From the NCBI GenBank assembly GCA_040880465.1, contig JBBDIK010000011.1:103843-167842 (forward strand): DNA of 64,000 nucleotides, in the 5' to 3' direction. The translations under genes were made by a program, and so were the position numbers. The notes under the pieces were generated by a model. The model was not told where the DNA came from and did not search any database. It was given only the letters and a program-made list of their open reading frames with translations. Source of the stretch: Actinomycetota bacterium. Lineage in GTDB: Bacteria; Actinomycetota; UBA4738; JBBDHU01. This document shows positions 17,151 to 31,390 of this stretch, in pieces; position 1 is the stretch's first letter, and every line of letters starts with the position of its first letter.

Positions 17151-18187
17151 GGGACCAGGAGCACCTTCGTCGCCTCGCGTTCGGCGAACAACCGGTATCC
17201 CTCGGCCGCCTCGTCGAGGGGAAGGCGGTGAGAGATGATCGGGGTCGGGTCGAGTTCGCCGCGTTCGAGACGCTGCATCGCATCCTCCCAGAACGCGTGC
17301 ACGGGGGCGATCCCGCCGAAGCGGATCGACAACGACCGCGCCCAATACACCCCGAGCGAGACCTCGAGTTGCTCGACCGAGTAGAGACCGATGACCGAGA
17401 CCGTGCCGCCCCGGCGGACCAGGTCGACCGCGCTCTCGAACGCCTCGACCGTGCCGACCGCCTCGATCGCCACGTCGGCTCCGCGGCCGTCGGTCCGGGC
17501 GGCCAGGGCCATCACGGGGTCCTGCTCCCGAACGTCGATCGCGGTCATCCCCATGGAGCGAGCTAGGTCCAGTCGCGCATCGTCGCGATCGAGGATGACC
17601 AGGTCACCGGGCTGGTGGACGCGCGCCGCTTGCGCGGACAGCAGACCGATCGGACCGGCGCCGACGACCGCGACGGTGTCACCTGCCACGATCTGACCGA
17701 GCGCGGCTCCGTAGACGGCCGTCGTGAGTCCGTCCCCGATGAACATCGCGCGTTCGTCATCTACGCCATCGGGAACCCGGAGAAGATTCGCGTCGGCGTT
17801 CGGAACGCGGAGCAGTTCGGCCTGAGCGCCTCCGAGATCGCCGCCGAAGATGCCAGCGCCGAGGTTGCGGAAGTCCTCGCAGATGCCGCTCTGGGCATTG
17901 CGGCAGAACCAGCACGTGCCGCACGCGATGACGAATGCGACCACGACCCGGTCTCCGGGGGCGAAGGCGGACACATCGCTACCGACCGACTCCACGATCC
18001 CGACAGCTTCATGGCCGAGCGTCTCCCCCGCCTCCATCGGCACCTTCCCGTGGACCAGGTGCAGGTCCGATCCGCAGATAGCGGTCTGTGTCACGCGGAT
18101 GACGGCGTCGCCGGGCTCCTCGACACCCGCATCCGGCACCTGTCGGACCTCCACACGACCGACCTCCTCGAACGCGACCGCCTTCAT
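17147..18187 (-). CDS. Zinc-dependent alcohol dehydrogenase (MDR superfamily)
   Basis: Catalytic Zn motif GHEAVGIVESVG, structural Zn CGTCWFC, Rossmann motif GAGPIG. Confidence 0.85.
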   Translation of the reverse strand: MKAVAFEEVGRVEVRQVPDAGVEEPGDAVIRVTQTAICGSDLHLVHGKVPMEAGETLGHEAVGIVESVGSDVSAFAPGDRVVVAFVIACGTCWFCRNAQSGICEDFRNLGAGIFGGDLGGAQAELLRVPNADANLLRVPDGVDDERAMFIGDGLTTAVYGAALGQIVAGDTVAVVGAGPIGLLSAQAARVHQPGDLVILDRDDARLDLARSMGMTAIDVREQDPVMALAARTDGRGADVAIEAVGTVEAFESAVDLVRRGGTVSVIGLYSVEQLEVSLGVYWARSLSIRFGGIAPVHAFWEDAMQRLERGELDPTPIISHRLPLDEAAEGYRLFAEREATKVLLVP

Positions 18188-18603
18188 GGCTCGTCCGGGA
18201 ACTCGGTGGGAACCTCGCCGACCAGCAGGACCAGTTCTTGGGCAGCCTTCACGTAGCGGATGATCGTCGGCAGGTCGCCTTGGAGCTTGAGCTTGCCCTG
18301 CATGATGCCCTTGATCGGGTCTAGTTCGCGCCGGACCACGGACTTCCACCGCGAGTACGGCGCGCGGATGACGTAGGAAGCGGCCTCGCCCTCCTCCGCC
18401 GGAACGACACCGCCGCCGCGGCACTCGCCGTGCCACAGGTCGAGGATCCCCCAGACGGTTTCCGGGAAGGACTTGTCCGGTTCCGCACCGATCCCGAACG
18501 CCACCGCGCCCTCCCACGTCGCCGACACCTCGCGGTAGGCCGAGGAGCCGTTGATCCGGGCGATGTAGTCCCGCCACCAGTCCTCACTCGCGAACCGCGC
18601 CAC
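18184..18603 (-). CDS. SCP2 sterol-binding domain protein
   Basis: GIMQGKLKLQGDL matches the SCP2 signature. GTG start. Stop overlaps the ADH start (ATGA). Confidence 0.65.
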   Translation of the reverse strand: MARFASEDWWRDYIARINGSSAYREVSATWEGAVAFGIGAEPDKSFPETVWGILDLWHGECRGGGVVPAEEGEAASYVIRAPYSRWKSVVRRELDPIKGIMQGKLKLQGDLPTIIRYVKAAQELVLLVGEVPTEFPDEP

Positions 18604-18606
18604 CGT

Positions 18607-19467
18607 TCAGCCCCTCGTCATGATGAGGATGAACCCGACGACGTTGAAGGTGGCGTGCGCGACGATCGGCGCCAGGATGTTCTTCCGGCGCTCGTAGATG
18701 AACGCGAAGCCGAACCCGACGAACATCATCGTGACCACCAGGAACCAGGCGTCTTGGGGGGGCGTCTCGGGCCCCGGGATGTAGTGGATCGCACCGAACG
18801 CGAACGACGACGCCAGCGCGGAGAGCCAGAACCCCTGGTGGGCCCGGAACGCGCCGAAGAGCACACCGCGGAAGAAGAACTCCTCAACGACGGGCGCGAC
18901 GACGATCGCCACGAACCCAGATGCGACGACGGCGAAGCCGGTGAGGTTGTCCGGAAGTTGCTCGGGCGCTTGTGCGTTCTCGCCGAAGACGAAGTCCAGC
19001 ACGATCTTGATGGCGAGCGCCGCCGCCATCCCGGCCGCGAGGAACACGACCATCCCCCTCACGAACCCCGCCCATACCTCGGCGAACACGTGCACCGGGA
19101 ACGGGATCGCAGCACGCCATCCCTTGTGGAGCTTCGCCAGCCACGTCACAAGGGTTCCGGCGATGCCCACGTAGACCAGGAACGAGATGAGCACTTCGCC
19201 CATCGCGCCGCCGGGAAGGATCGGACGGAGCAAGATCGCCAGGATGAGGCCGGCCAGGACTCCGAGGACGAAGATCGCGATCGCCTCCCACCACCGCCAC
19301 GTCGCCAGCGGGACCGGGGGCGCGATCGGCAGAGTCGCGCCGGGATGACCGAGAGGAGGCGAAGGAGGGATCGGCAGCGGCGAGGGAGGTGACACCGGGG
19401 GGGGAGGTGGAACGGAAGACGGCTGCGGGGGCCGTGGGGGCTCCGGGCCGAGCGGGAGGTCGGTCAT
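18607..19467 (-). CDS. CPBP-family intramembrane glutamic endopeptidase (CAAX protease-like) with a Pro-rich N-terminal extension
   Basis: Motifs PVVEEFFFRG, FGAIHY and HATFN, with about 6 TM helices. The ATG overlaps the upstream stop (ATGA). Confidence 0.75.
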   Translation of the reverse strand: MTDLPLGPEPPRPPQPSSVPPPPPVSPPSPLPIPPSPPLGHPGATLPIAPPVPLATWRWWEAIAIFVLGVLAGLILAILLRPILPGGAMGEVLISFLVYVGIAGTLVTWLAKLHKGWRAAIPFPVHVFAEVWAGFVRGMVVFLAAGMAAALAIKIVLDFVFGENAQAPEQLPDNLTGFAVVASGFVAIVVAPVVEEFFFRGVLFGAFRAHQGFWLSALASSFAFGAIHYIPGPETPPQDAWFLVVTMMFVGFGFAFIYERRKNILAPIVAHATFNVVGFILIMTRG

Positions 19468-21458
19468 GGCTCCCCCATCTTCTCGGCTGGGCGGATGAGC
19501 GACACGTAGGCCAGTCCCGCCGCCGCCGCGGCGAACCCGAATCCGACCGCCGAGACGCCGGTGTCGTTACCGAGGTAGGCAACCACGCCGGAGGCCAGGA
19601 GGACCGCCATCGACGCACGCCACCGGGGCTCGGCCTCGAGGGTTGCACGCAGTCGACCACGCGGGCGGATCGTGAAGACCAGGAGCACCGGCACCGCGAT
19701 GAGGTAGCCGATGCCGATCGGGTTCAGCGCCAGCAGCCGGAACCCGATCTCGAGGCGGTCCCAGAGCTTGGAAAGGACCCCCGACAGGCCCGGCTCCTGG
19801 AGGAAACGCGTCCCGTGGGTCGGGGTCGACGCCAGGGCGTCGGCGAGGAAGACGACGGCTAGCCCGGCGACCGTTACGCCGACGATCAGAAGGGCCCGGC
19901 GCCAGGTCAGTCGTCGCCAGGTGCCGTCCAGGGCGAGCCAGGCACCAGCGGCGAAGAAGATCGCGGCTTCGTGGTTCGCGCCGAACCACGGGAGGCCGAC
20001 CAGCAGTCCGACCAAGCAGACGAGGACGAAGCCCTCCCACTTGGTCCGCAGGATCGGCACGATCCACATCGCGGCACCCAACGCGAGGCCCACGTCGACG
20101 TTCGGGATGCCGTAGAAGCGCGCGCCGTCAAGGCCCGTGCCCCCCAGGAAGGTCGTCAGCATCGACGGCCAGCCGAACGCGTTCTCGATGACCAGGTAGA
20201 TGAGGATCGCGCCACCGACGAGGGCCGGCGGGACGAGTTCGCCCCGCTTGCGCTGCGTCGCGGCCAGGGCGGGGACCCCGAACGTGACGACCAGGACGAA
20301 ACCGACGACGACCGGGAAGGTCAGGACCGGCAAGCTGCCGGCAGCCAGCAGCGCGGCGCCGATCGTGGGGACGGCCAAGGCGAGATAAGCTCCGGCCCGT
20401 CCGGCTGCGGCGCTTCCTCGTCGCCTCATGACCGCGCAGGCGAGGATCCCGGCCAGGATGAGCAGCATCACGATGCCGGCGATGACTTGAACCGGCAGCC
20501 ACAACGCGCGGGCATCGAGATGGCGCTGGTGGAGTCCGAACGGGGCCCGCGCGTCGCGAACGATGTCGATGGGCGCACCATGCATCTCCGCGGGGATCGG
20601 GATATCGAAGTACCGCAGGATCGTGGGTCCGACGTCTTCATTGGAAACGACGCCGGCGCGATGGGTCGTCGAAGAAGTCAGCGTCCCCATCTCACCGGCG
20701 ACCGGGAAGAGACCCGGCGGGATACCCTCGGCCATCACGATCGGCGCAAGTTCGTCGCCCTCCTCGTCCATCGCAGGCGTCGTGTCCGGCGAGAGCACCA
20801 TCACAAGGGCCTCGTCCGCCAGAGATGCATCGACCAGGGAATGGACGTCGTGTCCGATCATCCTCATTGCCTCTGCCCGAGAAATGCCGAGCCCCTCCGC
20901 GAGCCGCGCCGGATCCGCGCCGTACACGTTGAAACTGGCTGATCCCTCGGATCCGATGGCGTCAACTCGCCCGTCGCGATCCATCGCTGTCAACAGGCCC
21001 GGCACGCCATCCGCGAAGTCCGCGAGAACGATGACTCGCTCGAACCCGCGTTCCCGGAGGGTTTCACCCAGAAGCCCGGGGGTCGAGTGCCCTTCGTTGA
21101 GTTCCTCGAGTGGCTTCGCGTCGACACCTGCGATTGCGGGAGCGCTCGCACTCGAGATCTCCGAATCGACCTGGAGCACCTCCGGCCCCGCGCTCCGGGT
21201 GCCGGCGCCAAGCGTGACGTACGGGCCGAAGCCCTCGTCGTCGTCGGTGGTGCGGACGGACAGCAGACCGGCCCCGCCGGCCCGGGCGAGCTGCCGGAAC
21301 TCCGGCACCGCCATGAGTTCCTCGAACGAGGCGCCATCGACCAGCACCAGGAACACCTGCTTCGGATGCTCCTCTCCTTCGTGAGCTGTGGCCGGGACCT
21401 GCGAGAGACCGGCGAACAGCGTGAGGACGACAACCAGAACGCGGGCGGAACCCCTCAC
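19464..21458 (-). CDS. Large polytopic membrane protein: signal peptide, ~330-aa extracytoplasmic N-domain, then at least 10 TM helices
   Basis: Continuous 664-codon frame with high GC3. GTG start overlaps the murA stop (GTGA). No confident family assignment. Confidence 0.65.
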   Translation of the reverse strand: MRGSARVLVVVLTLFAGLSQVPATAHEGEEHPKQVFLVLVDGASFEELMAVPEFRQLARAGGAGLLSVRTTDDDEGFGPYVTLGAGTRSAGPEVLQVDSEISSASAPAIAGVDAKPLEELNEGHSTPGLLGETLRERGFERVIVLADFADGVPGLLTAMDRDGRVDAIGSEGSASFNVYGADPARLAEGLGISRAEAMRMIGHDVHSLVDASLADEALVMVLSPDTTPAMDEEGDELAPIVMAEGIPPGLFPVAGEMGTLTSSTTHRAGVVSNEDVGPTILRYFDIPIPAEMHGAPIDIVRDARAPFGLHQRHLDARALWLPVQVIAGIVMLLILAGILACAVMRRRGSAAAGRAGAYLALAVPTIGAALLAAGSLPVLTFPVVVGFVLVVTFGVPALAATQRKRGELVPPALVGGAILIYLVIENAFGWPSMLTTFLGGTGLDGARFYGIPNVDVGLALGAAMWIVPILRTKWEGFVLVCLVGLLVGLPWFGANHEAAIFFAAGAWLALDGTWRRLTWRRALLIVGVTVAGLAVVFLADALASTPTHGTRFLQEPGLSGVLSKLWDRLEIGFRLLALNPIGIGYLIAVPVLLVFTIRPRGRLRATLEAEPRWRASMAVLLASGVVAYLGNDTGVSAVGFGFAAAAAGLAYVSLIRPAEKMGEP

Positions 21459-22729
21459 CCTGCCGGGGAGGCCGCGAGATCGCGTTCCCGCCGGACGCCG
21501 GCCCTCAGACCCGCGAGCTTGCCCTCGAGATCCTCGTAGCCGCGGTCGATGAAGTGCAGGTCGGTGATCTCGGTGATGCCATCGGCGACCAGCGCTGCGA
21601 TCACGATGGCCGCCCCCGCCCGGATGTCCAGCGCCCGCACCGGTGCGGACGAGAGCTTCTCGGCACCGCGGATCACCGCATGATGGCCCTCGAGCTGGAT
21701 ATCGGCTCCCATCCGCTTCAGCTCATCCACGAACATGAATCGACTCTCGAACACGTTCTCAGTCGCGATGCTCGTTCCGCCGGCGACGGCGAGCATCGAC
21801 ATCATCTGCGGCTGCAGGTCGGTCGGGAACCCCGGGTACGGCAGCGTTACGAAGTCGACCGCCTTCGGCCGCCCCTCCATCACCACGCGGAACCCGTCGT
21901 CCACAGGTCGGATCTCGGCGCCGGTCTCCGAGAGCTTCGACAACGCGATGTCCAGGTGGTCCGTGCGACCGCCGGAGAGCACCACGTCGCCCTGCGTCGC
22001 GACCGCCGCGATCGCGAACGTCCCGGTCTCGACGCGGTCCGGCACGACCCGATGCCGCGCGGGCGTGAATCCCTCGACACCCTCGATCTCGATCGTCGTG
22101 GTCCCCACGCCGCCGATCTTCGCGCCCATCTCCACCAGGAACTCGACCAGGTCGACGATCTCCGGTTCGCGGGCCGCGTTCTCGATCACCGTTGTCCCGC
22201 GCGCGCCGACGCCCGCCATCAACACGTTCTCGGTCGCGCCGACGCTCGGGTAGTCCAGCGAGATCGACGCGCCGCGAAGCTCCGAGGCCGTCGCCCGGAG
22301 ATACCCGTGTTCGGATTCGAACTCGACGCCCATCTGTTCAAGGCCGCGAAGGTGAAGCTCGATGCTGCGCGAACCGATGTTGCAACCGCCCGGCATCGCG
22401 ACCGTAGCCCGTCCGTAGCGCGTCAGGAGCGGCCCGAGGACGATGATTGACGCGCGCATCCGGGAGACCAACTCGTAGGGCGCCTCGTGGGAATCGACAC
22501 CCGTGGTGTCGATCCGGAGTCCATCATCATCCCAATCGACCTTCGCGCCCAGATACTCCAACACCTCGACCATCGTTCGGCAGTCGTCGATCTTCGGGAC
22601 GTTCTCGATCGTAGATGTGCCCTCGGCAAGCAGCGAGGCTGCCATCAGCTTGAGCGCGGAGTTCTTGGCGCCGGAGATGGGCACTACGCCTTCCAGGCGC
22701 GTGCCTCCGGTCACGAACAGCCTGTCCAT
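21455..22729 (-). CDS. murA: UDP-N-acetylglucosamine 1-carboxyvinyltransferase
   Basis: EPSP-synthase fold, with the conserved active-site Cys region and full-length similarity to MurA. Confidence 0.9.
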   Translation of the reverse strand: MDRLFVTGGTRLEGVVPISGAKNSALKLMAASLLAEGTSTIENVPKIDDCRTMVEVLEYLGAKVDWDDDGLRIDTTGVDSHEAPYELVSRMRASIIVLGPLLTRYGRATVAMPGGCNIGSRSIELHLRGLEQMGVEFESEHGYLRATASELRGASISLDYPSVGATENVLMAGVGARGTTVIENAAREPEIVDLVEFLVEMGAKIGGVGTTTIEIEGVEGFTPARHRVVPDRVETGTFAIAAVATQGDVVLSGGRTDHLDIALSKLSETGAEIRPVDDGFRVVMEGRPKAVDFVTLPYPGFPTDLQPQMMSMLAVAGGTSIATENVFESRFMFVDELKRMGADIQLEGHHAVIRGAEKLSSAPVRALDIRAGAAIVIAALVADGITEITDLHFIDRGYEDLEGKLAGLRAGVRRERDLAASPAG

Positions 22730-22821
22730 CGTCCGATTGTAGGCCCCGGGACGTTGCGGAACCGTGAAGGCCGCCAGCGCACGCTCGGCGCTGCTCCGCA
22801 AGGCCTTCTGGGGGGAGCCGC

Positions 22822-23211
22822 TCACTCCGCCAGGCTCAGCCGCACCTCGGCCCGGCGCAGCTCGCGCTTGGCATCCTCGTCGCCTTCGCGGACGGCGACT
22901 TCGGCCCGGTCCAGGCGCTCACGCTCGGCCGCAGCGTCGATCTCGCTCTCCAGCGTCGCTTGATCGGCCATCACGTCGACGCGAGTTTCCTGGCCCTCAC
23001 TCGAGACGTGCATGAAACCCTCGTCGATCACCATCCGGACCTCGCCGCCCTCCTGGTGAACCCGGAGGGGACCGATCGCCATCCGGATCAGAAGCGGCGC
23101 GTGCCCCTGCTGGATGCCGACCTCGCCGTCGATCCCACGCGCGATCACCATCGTGGCGTCCCCCGACCAGACCTCACGTTCCGGCGTCACGACGTGCACC
23201 TCGACCGTCAA
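22822..23211 (-). CDS. atpC: F1 ATP synthase epsilon subunit
   Basis: It has an N-terminal beta-sandwich and a C-terminal helix and is the last gene of the atp operon. TTG start at 23211. Confidence 0.8.
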   Translation of the reverse strand: MTVEVHVVTPEREVWSGDATMVIARGIDGEVGIQQGHAPLLIRMAIGPLRVHQEGGEVRMVIDEGFMHVSSEGQETRVDVMADQATLESEIDAAAERERLDRAEVAVREGDEDAKRELRRAEVRLSLAE

Positions 23212-23244
23212 GTGTCAGACCCCTCGGTAGGGTGCGCAGCGAGG

Positions 23245-23318
23245 TGTTCTCGTAGCTCAAACGGATAGAGCGGGCCTCCCACGAAGGTCCAGATCTGGGT
23301 TCGAGTCCCAGCGGGAGC
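23245..23318 (+). tRNA. tRNA-like cloverleaf (anticodon CAC, Val) in the atpD-atpC spacer, on the strand opposite to the operon
   Basis: Acceptor GTTCTCG/CGGGAGC with 2 G-U pairs. D arm GCTC-AAACGGATA-GAGC. Anticodon arm GGCCT-CCCACGA-AGGTC. T arm CTGGG-TTCGAGT-CCCAG. Discriminator A, then CC. Position 33 is C instead of the near-universal U. Confidence 0.45.
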
Positions 23319-23489
23319 ACCCTTCCCGAGGGAAGGTCCAGCTCCAGGAGCGGCGAGAGGGAGGCGAGCCGCGTTCTCCCTGATGATAGGATCGCGTTCG
23401 TGGGAGGCCCACCGGATCCGTCCGGTTGAGCTACCCGAGAGAGCCGTCGCGAGGCGGCTCTCTTGCGTTCGCGCTCCCGCGACCGTCAT

Positions 23490-27517
<4,028 letters not shown>

Positions 27518-27536
27518 GGGGTTGCTCCTCGTTTCC

Positions 27537-28088
27537 TTAGGCGCCCTTGAGCTGGGCGTTCGCTTCTTCCAGGCGCGTGCGGATGGAGCCGTCGATGACC
27601 TCGTCACCGACGCGCGCCACCACCCCGCCGATGACCGACGGGTCGACCACGACCTTGACCTCGACGCTCCGGCCGACCGCAGCCGACAGCGCGTCGCGGA
27701 GGGCCGCCTTCTGCTTGGCGTCCAGTTCGACGGCGGTGCGGACCTCGGCCAGGGAGGACTGCCGCCGCTCGGCGGCGATCTGCGCCAGCTGCTCGATGAT
27801 CCGCTGCAGCTCCCGGGCCCGGCCCTGCTCGACCAGGAGCCCGAGCAGGTTGGCGGTACTCGGGTTCGTTTTGTCGCCTAGAACGTCCCCGATCACGGCC
27901 TGCTTCCGCTCGACCGGCAGCGCCGGATCCGTCAGGGCCTCCCGCAGCTCGGGGTTGGCCTCGATCGCCTTCGCGAACGCGTACAGCTCGCCCTCCACCT
28001 TGTCGAGGTCGCCCTCGGCATCGGCGACTGCGAACAGCGCCTCGGCGTAGCCGCGGATGACGGCGTCCTTAGTTGTCACTGCCGCCAT
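27537..28088 (-). CDS. atpH: ATP synthase delta (OSCP) subunit
   Basis: OSCP family. Overlaps atpF by 20 nt. Confidence 0.85.
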   Translation of the reverse strand: MAAVTTKDAVIRGYAEALFAVADAEGDLDKVEGELYAFAKAIEANPELREALTDPALPVERKQAVIGDVLGDKTNPSTANLLGLLVEQGRARELQRIIEQLAQIAAERRQSSLAEVRTAVELDAKQKAALRDALSAAVGRSVEVKVVVDPSVIGGVVARVGDEVIDGSIRTRLEEANAQLKGA

Positions 28089-28698
28089 TCCCCGACGCGA
28101 CCTGCGCGATGTAGTCGTCGATCAACTTCTCGTGGGTTCCCCTGTCGAGCGACTGTCCGACCACCCGGCCGGCCAGGTCGACTGCGATGTCGCCCACCTG
28201 GGCCTTCAGCTCTTGCAGCGCCCGGTCGCGTTCGGCACGGATCTCCTCCTGCGCCTTGGCGACGGTGCCCTGCGCTTCCTGCTCGGCTTTCGCCTGGATG
28301 TCGGCCCTGAGCTGGTCCGCGGTCTTGCGGGCCTCCTCGATGATCCGGTTGGCCTCGTCGCGGGCGCCGGCGAGCTGCTCGCGGTAGTCGACGAGTTCCT
28401 TCTCGGCAGCCTTGCGGGTTTCCTCGGCCGACTCGAGCTGGCCCTGGATGGCCTCGCGCCGCTCGTCGAGCACCTTGTTCAGCTTCGGCATGACCCACTT
28501 CGCCATGAAGAAGAAGAGGATCCCGAAGGCGACCAGGCCGACCAGGAGTTCGTGCCATTGCGGATACAGGTCTTCCTTGGCGCTGACCTCCTGCTCGTGG
28601 CCCCCGCCTTCGACCACGGTCCCGGTCTCCTCTGTCGTGACCGGTTCAACCGTCGTCTCGCCCGTCTCGGTCTGGGCGACGATGTAGAGCGTCTGCAT
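28069..28698 (-). CDS. atpF: ATP synthase Fo subunit b
   Basis: Single TM helix plus a long charged coiled coil. Has a ~45-aa N-terminal extension. Confidence 0.85.
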   Translation of the reverse strand: MQTLYIVAQTETGETTVEPVTTEETGTVVEGGGHEQEVSAKEDLYPQWHELLVGLVAFGILFFFMAKWVMPKLNKVLDERREAIQGQLESAEETRKAAEKELVDYREQLAGARDEANRIIEEARKTADQLRADIQAKAEQEAQGTVAKAQEEIRAERDRALQELKAQVGDIAVDLAGRVVGQSLDRGTHEKLIDDYIAQVASGNGGSDN

Positions 28699-28708
28699 CG
28701 CTGCCTCC

Positions 28709-29749
<1,041 letters not shown>

Positions 29750-29753
<4 letters not shown>

Positions 29754-30181
29754 GAGGTGGCACTCTCCTCGGGCAGGTTCCACTGCTGACCGGCGGGGCC
29801 GGCGAGCAGTTTGAGTTCGAAGATTAGCAGGACGATCGTGGCCGGGATCACCGCCAGCGCGAACGCGAGCGGCGAGAACCAGCTCAGCGTGTTCAGCGCG
29901 AACATGATCGCCAGGATGATGCCGAGCCGCACGATGAATCCGCCCATCCCGACGGCGAAGACAGCCGTGAGCGACACGCGGGAGGCCCACGCCATCGCGT
30001 AGCCGTTCGCGACGAAGTTGGCGGCAACGATGAGGACGCCGATGGCCGCCGACCAGGCCGCGTTCAGATCGCCCAGCAGGAGGCCGGCGAGGAAGGCGAT
30101 AGCAACGGCGGGCGGTCCGTACGGCGCGACGCGCCGGATCAACTCGCGTTCAGGCTCAGTGCGCACTCTTCCCCTTGCCAT
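29750..30181 (-). CDS. atpI: ATP synthase protein I (AtpI)-like small membrane protein
   Basis: Four TM helices, in the position immediately upstream of atpB. Confidence 0.45.
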
Positions 30182-30383
30182 ACTTGAGGTACACGAGGTA
30201 CGTCCCCAGGACCGCCCCACTGACCATCCCCACGGCCAGGAACACCTTCTGGGTTCCCAGCCACCGATCGAGCAGGTAGCCGATGCCGCCGTACAACAGG
30301 ACCCCTGCCAGCAAGGTTCCCGCAACGGCGTACCCCGTTCCGATGCCGTTCCAGCCTGAGCGTTGGTCGGGACTTCCGGTCAC
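30156..30383 (-). CDS. AtpZ-like (ATPase_gene1 family) small membrane protein
   Basis: 75-aa, two-helix protein at the head of the atp operon. Overlaps the atpI-like ORF by 26 nt in another frame. Confidence 0.45.
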   Translation of the reverse strand: MTGSPDQRSGWNGIGTGYAVAGTLLAGVLLYGGIGYLLDRWLGTQKVFLAVGMVSGAVLGTYLVYLKYGKGKSAH

Positions 30384-30464
30384 GGGCGAGGAAGTATATC
30401 CGCCAGTTCAGGCCCCGTCAGTGAAGGGTATCTGCGCAGGTCAGCCGGTATCCCGGACCGAGCT

Positions 30465-30480
30465 TGTGAAACGTTTCACG
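30465..30480 (-). promoter_or_regulatory. CRP/GlxR-type binding site TGTGA-N6-TCACg upstream of the atp operon
   Basis: TGTGAAACGTTTCACG contains a perfect 14-bp palindrome GTGAAACGTTTCAC. It lies about 85 bp upstream of the atpZ start and 53 bp after the potC stop. Confidence 0.45.
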
Positions 30481-30532
30481 AACTCGCGTGCGGCGTTCGG
30501 CCCGCGCTGATCCGTACGCCGGGAACGACCTC

Positions 30533-31390
30533 CTACGCGACCTCGCGCCGCCGCTGGAACCAGACGTTCAGGAGGGCCAGGCCGACGCCCACGAGGAAGA
30601 TGATCGTGCCCATCACGTTCACCGTCGCGGGGACCCCTTGGCGCGAGGCGCCGTAGACCCACAGAGGGAACGTCACGGTCTTGCCGGCGTTGAACGTGCT
30701 CACGACGTAGTCGTCGATCGAGAGCGCGAACGCCAGTGCGGCCGCTGCCGCGATGCCCGGCAAGATCAAGGGGAAGGTCACCGTCCAGAAGGTCACCCAC
30801 GGGGTCGCGCCCAGGTCCTTGGCCGCCTCCTCCCATTCCGCATTGAACCCCTGCGTGCGGGCCTTGACCGTCACCACCACGAACGAGATGCAGAACATCA
30901 CGTGCGCTATCAGGATCGTTCCGAAGCCGAGCGGCACGCCGAACGTCACGAACAGGGTCAGGAGCGACGCTCCCATGACGATCTCGGGCGTGGCCATCGG
31001 AAGGAAGATGAACATGTTGGTCGCACCGCGGCCGCGGAACCGGTACCGGGTCAGCGCCAGCGCGATCATCGTTCCCAGGATCGTGGCCAGAGCGGTGACC
31101 ACGACGGCGATGATGATCGAGTTCTGCAGCGCGGTAACTAGGTCCGGGTCGTCGAAGAGGTTCCCCCAGTGCCTGAGCGTGAACCCCTGCCAGGCGTAGT
31201 TGTACTTGCCCGCATAGTCGTTGAAGCCGTAGAGGATCATCACCGCGATAGGCAGGAACAGATACGCGATCACCAGCCCCGCGAACGTCGGCAGGAACCA
31301 TCCCTTCTTCCGTCCGCGGCGGCGGGGGGCGTTCGATGTTCCCCTCCCCTCGGCGCGCTCGAACGCGACGGCGGCGTCGACGTCGGTCAT
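30533..31390 (-). CDS. potC: Spermidine/putrescine ABC transporter permease (PotC-like)
   Basis: ABC type-I permease with an EAA-like loop. The ATG overlaps the potB stop (ATGA). Confidence 0.85.
   Translation of the reverse strand: MTDVDAAVAFERAEGRGTSNAPRRRGRKKGWFLPTFAGLVIAYLFLPIAVMILYGFNDYAGKYNYAWQGFTLRHWGNLFDDPDLVTALQNSIIIAVVVTALATILGTMIALALTRYRFRGRGATNMFIFLPMATPEIVMGASLLTLFVTFGVPLGFGTILIAHVMFCISFVVVTVKARTQGFNAEWEEAAKDLGATPWVTFWTVTFPLILPGIAAAAALAFALSIDDYVVSTFNAGKTVTFPLWVYGASRQGVPATVNVMGTIIFLVGVGLALLNVWFQRRREVA

Noticed and set aside
23208-23489. A 93-codon minus-strand ORF that exactly fills the atpD-atpC gap, with apparent stop-start coupling at both ends
   Set aside because: Third-position GC is only about 64%, against roughly 85-90% in the flanking genes. 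The composition is Ala/Gly/Arg-rich and low-complexity, and no homolog is recognisable. The region is better explained as non-coding, with the tRNA-like element on the other strand.
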